Shown: positions 58,001-64,000 of the stretch, in pieces
Position numbering within the stretch: the first letter of the stretch is position 1
Layout of the letters: each line of letters starts with the position of its first letter
Origin: a virus
Strand: one strand, 5' to 3'
Virus record (IMG/VR): IMGVR_UViG_3300020468_000003
Coordinates: 41,045 to 105,044 of that record
Length of the DNA stretch: 64,000 nucleotides
The notes under the pieces: generated by a model
What the model saw: only the letters and a program-made list of their open reading frames with translations
Told to the model about the DNA's origin: nothing
Database searches by the model: none
Translations under genes and position numbers: made by a program

Positions 58001-59302
58001 ATCTCCATCTACATTTAATGCAGAATCAAAATCAACATCATTAATAACATTCAATTGGTTTTGAAGAGTTGTATTGTTCGCAACTGTTAAAGTATTTGAA
58101 AGAGTAGTTGCACCTGCAACATCAAGTAATTTTTCAAACTTTACGTCATCTTCTACTGTCAACTTATCTTTGAAAGTTCCAGCAGCACCAACTTCAAATG
58201 TTCCAAATATAGTTGCTGAAGTTCCAACTTGTATATTTTCGGTAATTGATGCACCTTTACCAACAACAATATTTTGTTCAAATGTAGATATACCTGAAAC
58301 TATTACATTTCCAATAAAAGTAGATGCAGCTCCTACAAATAAAGTATCATCAAGTTGAGTAGCACGTTCAACTGTTAATGAATTTTCAAATAATCCTTGA
58401 CCATTTCCCCCAACTGTAAAATCATCAAGTATTGAAGTTATTCCAGTTACTTTTAATGGAGCATCTATTGTAGAACCCGCACCTGTTGCATTAAATCCTT
58501 GAGTAAATTCCGACCTCTGGAAGAAACTGGAAATACCTAATACAATTATATCTCCTTGGAATCTTGAAGTACCTTTAACATGAAGATGATTTTGTGGAAG
58601 TGTAAGACCAATGCCAATATATGAGTTAGTTACAAGTCCCGCAGGTCTCTTTTCCCAAAAAGTTCTAATCGCAATATCTGCGATATTTACATTATTTGGG
58701 TTTACAGAACCTTCTACTAATTCTTTTAGAGATCCACCACCACTGGTAATCAAGTTTATACCACGGAATGATGAAGTACCTACAAGAGTTTCTTCATTAT
58801 AAACAAAGATACCTTCACTGAATGAAGGTTCAAATTCTACCCATTTTATACCTTGAGAATCTTTTGTTAAAAATGCTCCTAAAACACCAGGATTATTAGT
58901 TGAGTCATATAAGTTGGCACTCAATCTCATGTCGCCAACAACATCCAATCTTCTTGTTGGATCTAAAGTTCCTAAGCCTAATCTACCATCACTCTCTTTT
59001 ATTATTAAACTCGCACCTTCTGGATTTCCATCTGCACCACCAACTCTAAAAGTATCAGTAACAGTTAATATTCCTACTTGTAATTCTTTTAATTCGTTAT
59101 CAAAATTTACTGCACCTTTAAACGTACTAATGCCATTGAAGATAGCATTGCCTAATACATTAAGATCCCCAAATTGATTATCGTCCCCATCAAAATCATA
59201 ATATAATTTACCAAAAACATAAACGTCTTTGTAAAACTTTGCATCCTCATTCTGGACGGTTGGTTTTCCAATAATAGTTAGATCCTTACCTTCCTCTTCC
59301 AC
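55094..59302 (-). CDS. Large virion structural / tail protein with beta-helix-like C-terminal region
   Basis: Fiber-type repeats; IYVSK.GND.NSG...TI..A...A..GDTIYV.SG.Y.E; SPYIRNCT; SNSSFGNFGL. Confidence 0.8.
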   Translation of the reverse strand: MEEEGKDLTIIGKPTVQNEDAKFYKDVYVFGKLYYDFDGDDNQFGDLNVLGNAIFNGISTFKGAVNFDNELKELQVGILTVTDTFRVGGADGNPEGASLIIKESDGRLGLGTLDPTRRLDVVGDMRLSANLYDSTNNPGVLGAFLTKDSQGIKWVEFEPSFSEGIFVYNEETLVGTSSFRGINLITSGGGSLKELVEGSVNPNNVNIADIAIRTFWEKRPAGLVTNSYIGIGLTLPQNHLHVKGTSRFQGDIIVLGISSFFQRSEFTQGFNATGAGSTIDAPLKVTGITSILDDFTVGGNGQGLFENSLTVERATQLDDTLFVGAASTFIGNVIVSGISTFEQNIVVGKGASITENIQVGTSATIFGTFEVGAAGTFKDKLTVEDDVKFEKLLDVAGATTLSNTLTVANNTTLQNQLNVINDVDFDSALNVDGDSTLEGTLKVGPNGTVITTTGIGSVGFGTNQPSRDIEINNKDVFFNQGAVYDSDNNVGFNSTTTSEDVRVPKSVFASVGVGTTGLIAPRFFDAAALLRQNADFIAAESVGFITSTDYLNPSFSLTTSNYRNCRDDIKSILYSVANDITRGGNSQSVGAGLSYYNGNTLLHITGTDDSGYSIKDATVTAVDYASKVAKYVINNSPYPRSYQIDAIDSDYAASSRLIEVNKDFIATETVDRILATYPSHNITGGSQACVDDVKQVLDSVMYNLSFSGNDRVYDATKYYVDGRFVAGEEAEVLYGYTQMLAIVNDVIRNNTVAKVSSTLNTFTQITIGSAASRVAQVASVTSLVGIVTVGVGLTRLPDTRTDSYSLFSAQVIDQAVLPDSARNSNHDPEGCANVYSAINTLVGITSTIVGLGTTGAPTITYPDSKVVWAPRGGDSKNIIYVSKFGNDANSGRTEGDAKLTIGGAAAVAQPGDTIYVRSGVYSENNPVGLRTDVSITGQDLRLVTIYPQNDDDIFYVRRGCLVENLNFAYSQDPLDNLAPITIRGGCVAFPPPAGVGSARSGCLDIGPANEGPSGRWRSPYIRNCTNFITDSIGMKIDGNHVGSAFTGAVNPGQDLKSMVCDSFTQYNENGIGVSITNNAYAQLVSIFTINSDIAIFCNTGGSCDLTNSNSSFGNFGLVADGVGRIDFTGITTVATVGGDSDVTTLTGVADTIGNYRRPYNGQALYFKINLDDYDDTTATGIITAPLRSLRKIDILNGGSGYSQAAPPAVTISSPGGPEGISAEASVNVSTAGTITSIDVTNEGRNYLPNEELVISIGGGGGGIATAVTEPIYFTVSEATEPTPTVGITTVTLDQFIPYSIGVGVTAEMFRISRILTSSHSFEYVGTGVNINRANPFQGGVPIPENEVVATNGAQIPFTSTDQAGNFKIGEGITIDQTTSTIRGRDFSRAIQAEVTPLILALR

Positions 59303-60022
59303 TTATCCAAAACCTCCTAATAGATTCTTTATCTGACTAGAATCAAGTTGACCCTTAAGTTGATCTTGAAGAGCACCTGTATCAATCTTATCTAAGTTAC
59401 CTGCTATATCAAGATCTGCTACTTGAGATTGAAGTTTACCAGCAAAGGTATTTCCTACATTAGCAAGTTCTGGTAATGCTCCACCTAACTTATCTGCTAA
59501 GAAGTCACCACCAACAAAACTACCTTCAAAGGCATTTTTAGCAAAGTCTATACCCATTGTTCGAGGAAGATTACCTAACTTAGCAGATACAGTAGCCTTC
59601 AATCCACCTATATCTACCTTTCCACCTCTTGCCTCTAAGTTTATATTTTTTCCTTTAATATCAACATCGTTATCTGCATCTATAAGAATATTAGGTGCTT
59701 TAATTTTAACCTGTCCATTACCGTTTGCTATGATAGTAATTCCACCTTTTAATGAAGTTATAGTTATGTCTTGATCTTTTTCATTTGAATTATTAGCACC
59801 AGCAGCAATTTCTATTTTTCTATCGCTATGAATACTTAGTGTTCCATCATTACATTGGAACATACTTGACTTGTCTCCATCATCATTTGCACCGTACATC
59901 AACCACGATAAGTTTCCATTATTTCCCATCTTAGGATTATTAGCATCTATCCTAAAATCTGGACCTAAAGATATAAACCTTCGTCTATCCCAATTTTGCG
60001 ACTCAACTGGTCTTTCAGACAT
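59303..60022 (-). CDS. Baseplate spike-associated protein (gp5 C-terminal-like beta repeats)
   Basis: I.I.A..I.I.A repeats; coupled to gp5. Confidence 0.6.
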   Translation of the reverse strand: MSERPVESQNWDRRRFISLGPDFRIDANNPKMGNNGNLSWLMYGANDDGDKSSMFQCNDGTLSIHSDRKIEIAAGANNSNEKDQDITITSLKGGITIIANGNGQVKIKAPNILIDADNDVDIKGKNINLEARGGKVDIGGLKATVSAKLGNLPRTMGIDFAKNAFEGSFVGGDFLADKLGGALPELANVGNTFAGKLQSQVADLDIAGNLDKIDTGALQDQLKGQLDSSQIKNLLGGFG

Positions 60023-62397
60023 TAGTATCCTCCTCCATATCCACTCCCACCTGATCCCGAAGACCCGCTACCACCAGAATCGTTATTATTAGAAGGAGGG
60101 TCACTCTGTCCAGTCGTTTGCTGACTTGTGTTGTTAGTTGTGTTAGTTTGAGTAGTGCTACTTGTAGTAGTCTCGGTTGTGGTGTTGGAAACATTTGTCT
60201 GTGGGGATGGAGATACTGTCATTGTAGACGCAACACTAACTGCTGTTCCAAAACTTTGTTCTGGAGTATCATATATTATTTGATGAGGTGAAGTTGTGTG
60301 TGCGATACCAACCATCTTTACACCCCTTGTTGGATGAATATGATAAGCACCGTAATATGGTTGTCCTTTTACATAACCAACCAAATTATTCTCTTCAGGA
60401 TCAATACAATCAATAACTTGTTTTATTTCTGCTGATGGTTCAGGAGGTCCTAAAACTGGTCTGATTAAAGCACCTCTTCCAGTATCACTTTGAATTGTAA
60501 TTTGCGGTAGAAGAGTAGTTATATTGATATTTAGTGGTTTAACAGAAACAATACTTCCCTTATCAACAACAAGTTGATATTGGTTTCCAAACTGATCAAT
60601 TGCTGTGTCATTTTCTGAATATCCTAGACCTGAATTATCCACTACTGTATCAACAACACCAAAGTCTTCCAATTCTCCTGGTGGATATCCTTCTCCCTCA
60701 GACACAACATAAAGACCTACAACTTCACCATTTTTGATTAATGCTCTACCAATTGCACCATATCCATCATCACAATCGTCTACAATTTCAACAAAAGGAG
60801 GAAACTCATATTTAACGCCAGGACTAGTAACTCTTAGACCAATAAGACTAGCAGTAGTGTCTGGAAGACCTAATTCTCCACTTAAGTTTCCCATTATAGC
60901 TTCTCCTGCAGCTCCAAATCCATTACCACCAAATATTCTAACCTTTGGTTTACCACAACCTGTTCTCTTTCCTCCAAAACATTCTCCAAGAGGATCACTA
61001 AAAGACTTATTGAAATTTGGAATATCTAAACCCAAATCTAATGAACTTTCAAGTCCCTCTGCTGTTTGTACAAAACTGTTTGCAGCACCTAATACATCAT
61101 CTAAACCACTTAATGCAGAATTAGCAATACCTCCACCTATCTTAAATGCTCCACTTATACCAGTACACTTATCAATACTTGCACCACAATCAAACAATGA
61201 ACCTACACCACTAATCATATCTACTTTACTTCTAATCTGTGAAGAAATATCAAATCCACTAGACAATACTTTACTTATACTTCCAAGAGGACCTGCTAAA
61301 GTGTCGCCAATACTATCAACTATATTATTTAAAAGTGCTCCTGTGAATTGATCTGCCATACATTGTGGAACCCCAAGAACATCATCAAATGAATCCATCA
61401 TGGATCTTAACATCTTTTCAGTTGTTGCTGCTAAACCACCTGCAACATTACCTACCATACATTCAAGATCTTTTTGAATAGCACCAACAGGACCTACCAT
61501 AGCTTTCTGTGCTGCTACACCTGCTAAATGTGCTGCTACAGGATTTTGAGTCAATGCTAATACATTATTAAAAACACCTTTATATAATACTTGTAAACCT
61601 TGCTGTACCTGTCCTGTTAACTCTCCAACAACATTCTGACTAATATCTCCAACTAAACCATTAACTCCCGTTGTTATGTTTTTACTTGTATCTTTTATTA
61701 ATTGATCTATCTTTCCAATTTGTCCCTCACCCATACTTGAAAGACGTTTAAAATCACTTACAAAATTATTAACAGTTGCTGTTACTTTAGTTGTACTTGA
61801 ATCTTTACAGGCACTAGGAACAGTAACCTCTTTACCAATATTATTACTTACGGTTACAGTGTCTCTTTTTTCTGCATTCTCAGCATTTGTATTAACTGGA
61901 CTTACTTGACTATCAATTGTTTCTTGATGCGATTCATCTACTTTAATAGCTTTATTTTGTTCATATTTCTCTTTTGGTATCTCACTAGTATATCCTGTAA
62001 ATGGTTTGAATGCACCACTATAAGCTGCAAATGCATCACTGGATGCTTTTGTTCTACCAAAACTTGCAATAATTGCTGGAACTTGAGCATCATCTCCATC
62101 TAAGAAAAATCCTAATACAATTTCTCCAGGTTCAATGTAAATTGACTGTGCTTGATTCTTTGCTCCAGTTCCTGCAGTTGGGGGTAGTAATACAATTGCT
62201 AAAGGTAAATCTTTATCGGGTAACTTTTTCTCATCAGGATGATAACCCATGATCCTGACTCTTCTTTTAAGACCCCAGTTTTTATTTACATTCCAATTTA
62301 CTTTATGGTTAGGAGCTGGAGGAACTTGTCCTATCCACCATCTAAAACCATCTTTTCCAAGAAAATTAGTTTTTATATTACTTGTATCATCCATCAT
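60022..62397 (-). CDS. gp5: Baseplate hub protein gp5 (N-terminal OB fold)
   Basis: GKDGFRWWIGQV...RVRIMGYH...LP.A...GE.VLGFFLDG.DAQ.P.I. Confidence 0.88.
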   Translation of the reverse strand: MMDDTSNIKTNFLGKDGFRWWIGQVPPAPNHKVNWNVNKNWGLKRRVRIMGYHPDEKKLPDKDLPLAIVLLPPTAGTGAKNQAQSIYIEPGEIVLGFFLDGDDAQVPAIIASFGRTKASSDAFAAYSGAFKPFTGYTSEIPKEKYEQNKAIKVDESHQETIDSQVSPVNTNAENAEKRDTVTVSNNIGKEVTVPSACKDSSTTKVTATVNNFVSDFKRLSSMGEGQIGKIDQLIKDTSKNITTGVNGLVGDISQNVVGELTGQVQQGLQVLYKGVFNNVLALTQNPVAAHLAGVAAQKAMVGPVGAIQKDLECMVGNVAGGLAATTEKMLRSMMDSFDDVLGVPQCMADQFTGALLNNIVDSIGDTLAGPLGSISKVLSSGFDISSQIRSKVDMISGVGSLFDCGASIDKCTGISGAFKIGGGIANSALSGLDDVLGAANSFVQTAEGLESSLDLGLDIPNFNKSFSDPLGECFGGKRTGCGKPKVRIFGGNGFGAAGEAIMGNLSGELGLPDTTASLIGLRVTSPGVKYEFPPFVEIVDDCDDGYGAIGRALIKNGEVVGLYVVSEGEGYPPGELEDFGVVDTVVDNSGLGYSENDTAIDQFGNQYQLVVDKGSIVSVKPLNINITTLLPQITIQSDTGRGALIRPVLGPPEPSAEIKQVIDCIDPEENNLVGYVKGQPYYGAYHIHPTRGVKMVGIAHTTSPHQIIYDTPEQSFGTAVSVASTMTVSPSPQTNVSNTTTETTTSSTTQTNTTNNTSQQTTGQSDPPSNNNDSGGSGSSGSGGSGYGGGY

Positions 62398-63848
62398 TAT
62401 TCTACATCCTCCTGCTGCTCTTCTTTTCTATCAGGATTATCTCCAGCAAAATCTTTCAGAACTTTCATAGATGTGTATGATTTTTCTATATCGTAATGAT
62501 GACATAATTCTTTGATTATGTATACACCAGATTGTTTACTATCTATAGCATCCCCTGTAGTTGCTGATGTAGACATTGGAGGAAATTCACATTCAATACA
62601 CATACCTGCTTCTAAATTTGAATTAAGAGGTATTGTCATATCCAAAACATTTGTGAATAATGTATTATATCTTGTGACAGACTGCATTTGGTATTTTAAA
62701 GGATCAGATTTCTTAAGATGATTTGTATCTCCTCTTGCTAATACACCTATATCAAGAATCCCAGTAAGTGATCTAGAAGCAGTATCTTCAAGAGTATCTC
62801 CAGAACCTGTTTTATTATCAGGATCAAGTTTTAATGGATACTTTGTAGGATCTTCAGAACCCATTAAAGACATATTATCTTTTGTTATCTCATCTTTTCT
62901 TTTATACTGTAGTGCTTCAAATTCAAAGTTATATGGATTAAAATACATACCACTACTTGAATAAGTTCCTAATTTTAAATTTTTAACAATATCATTATTT
63001 TGTTGTATCGAAAATTTTAATATTTTGAAATCAGTATTTGCAGGTCTATCTTCAGAATCAAATCCTTGTGTTGCTTCCCCATAATAAAATGGTGGTGCTT
63101 TTAGTTTTTCATCAGCATCATTGGTAATTTTATAAGTTTCTTGTCTCATTAAAGTATCAACAGATCTAAACTTATATCCAGACTTAGTTTGATAAAATAA
63201 AAATCCCGCACTTTTAGCACCTTTAGTTTTAGTAACAGATTTCTTTGCTAACCATACTAATGTAGGGAATGGTTTTTTTAAATTTCCAATAAATCCATAT
63301 GCATTTGATGTTAATTCAACTTTAAAACGATCTTTTTCTATACCAAGAGTATCGGTTAAAATATTTTCAACAGTAGCACCGATGTTCTGATCTGGAGAAT
63401 ATTTTTTATAACATCTTACTGTTTCATTAACTATTGCTTCTCTAGAAGTTAAATTTATGGTAAACATTTCTCTCTTAGCATCTCTAACAACATTAGTAAT
63501 ACCAGTTACATAGAGATAATCTTGTGTTTTTTCTGAAAAATCTAATGGGATATTAGTCTCAACATTCGCTCCTATCTTAATTCTGCATATCTCTCCACCT
63601 CTAAGAGGTAAACCTTGATAGAGTGCTTTTAGTTTATCATCTGTACTTTCTGTATCTTCTTCGTCCTCTGTAACAACTTGTGCTTCGTTAACTACCAATA
63701 CTTTTAAAGTTATGCATGGAGAGAATATATCTTCAAAATAATCAACAGAAGCAATATACGGAGTCAAATCAAAAGGTTTTTCGCCCTCCTTTCGTCTGTC
63801 CGAATGTATTAAAAACTCTTCTATTACACATTGATTAGTTGCTGACAT
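62397..63848 (-). CDS. Baseplate hub / tail-associated structural protein
   Basis: YFEDIFSP.IT, LPLRGGE, GFLFYQTKSGYKFRS, SG.YIIKELCH; coupled upstream of gp5. Confidence 0.7.
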   Translation of the reverse strand: MSATNQCVIEEFLIHSDRRKEGEKPFDLTPYIASVDYFEDIFSPCITLKVLVVNEAQVVTEDEEDTESTDDKLKALYQGLPLRGGEICRIKIGANVETNIPLDFSEKTQDYLYVTGITNVVRDAKREMFTINLTSREAIVNETVRCYKKYSPDQNIGATVENILTDTLGIEKDRFKVELTSNAYGFIGNLKKPFPTLVWLAKKSVTKTKGAKSAGFLFYQTKSGYKFRSVDTLMRQETYKITNDADEKLKAPPFYYGEATQGFDSEDRPANTDFKILKFSIQQNNDIVKNLKLGTYSSSGMYFNPYNFEFEALQYKRKDEITKDNMSLMGSEDPTKYPLKLDPDNKTGSGDTLEDTASRSLTGILDIGVLARGDTNHLKKSDPLKYQMQSVTRYNTLFTNVLDMTIPLNSNLEAGMCIECEFPPMSTSATTGDAIDSKQSGVYIIKELCHHYDIEKSYTSMKVLKDFAGDNPDRKEEQQEDVE

Positions 63849-63853
63849 TGTAC

Positions 63854-64000
63854 TTAACCTATAGCCTCCAATGCTCGTTTGCTTTCAAGTCTATTTAAGT
63901 CATCACCACCACTGATATTAATCGTGGTAAAACCACTATCTCTACCAGAGTTACCGTTTCCTTGGTTTTGATTTGGTGCAACAACAGTAATTATTTCTGG
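63854..64000 (-). CDS. C-terminus of an upstream gene (truncated by the window edge)
   Basis: Open frame ...PEIITVVAPNQNQ...RALEAIG* ending 5 nt before the next start. Confidence 0.6.
   Translation of the reverse strand, partial: PEIITVVAPNQNQGNGNSGRDSGFTTINISGGDDLNRLESKRALEAIG

Noticed and set aside
60734-61351. 205-aa plus-strand ORF and similar antisense ORFs in the structural region
   Set aside because: Antisense shadows of well-supported minus-strand genes, without RBS or motifs.

Overview
A 64-kb, AT-rich segment of a T4-like marine cyanomyovirus (Kyanoviridae-type, probably infecting Prochlorococcus or Synechococcus, judging by ho1, cp12 and cpeT). Almost all genes are on the minus strand. 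From left to right: (i) baseplate genes gp7 (truncated), gp6 and gp25 plus a few conserved ORFs; (ii) an early-gene island (~9.8-17.9 kb) of small ORFs, punctuated by 12 copies of a palindrome/-10 module, many with a terminator hairpin, with 3 more copies elsewhere; (iii) a mostly non-coding repeat-dense region (~17.9-19.0 kb) with CTCGTCGAG and TGTACTTAT arrays, beside the only convincing plus-strand operon (NUMOD4-HNH protein with an RHH-like tail); (iv) an accessory block with six 2OG-Fe(II) oxygenases, a flavin-dependent halogenase, CP12, heme oxygenase, dTDP-glucose dehydratase, CpeT, a cupin, a 1039-aa nuclease-helicase-methyltransferase with an apparently split MTase partner, and a second helicase/MTase pair; (v) a tail and baseplate block (gp38-like adhesin, second halogenase, fibers, Gly-X-Gln collagen fiber, gp5). 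Best novelty candidates: the split-MTase restriction-modification-like system, a structured RNA leader present twice behind early promoters, the cassette-like promoter/terminator array, and the iteron-like putative origin next to the HNH-RHH gene. All calls come from reading motifs by eye; no database searches were run.
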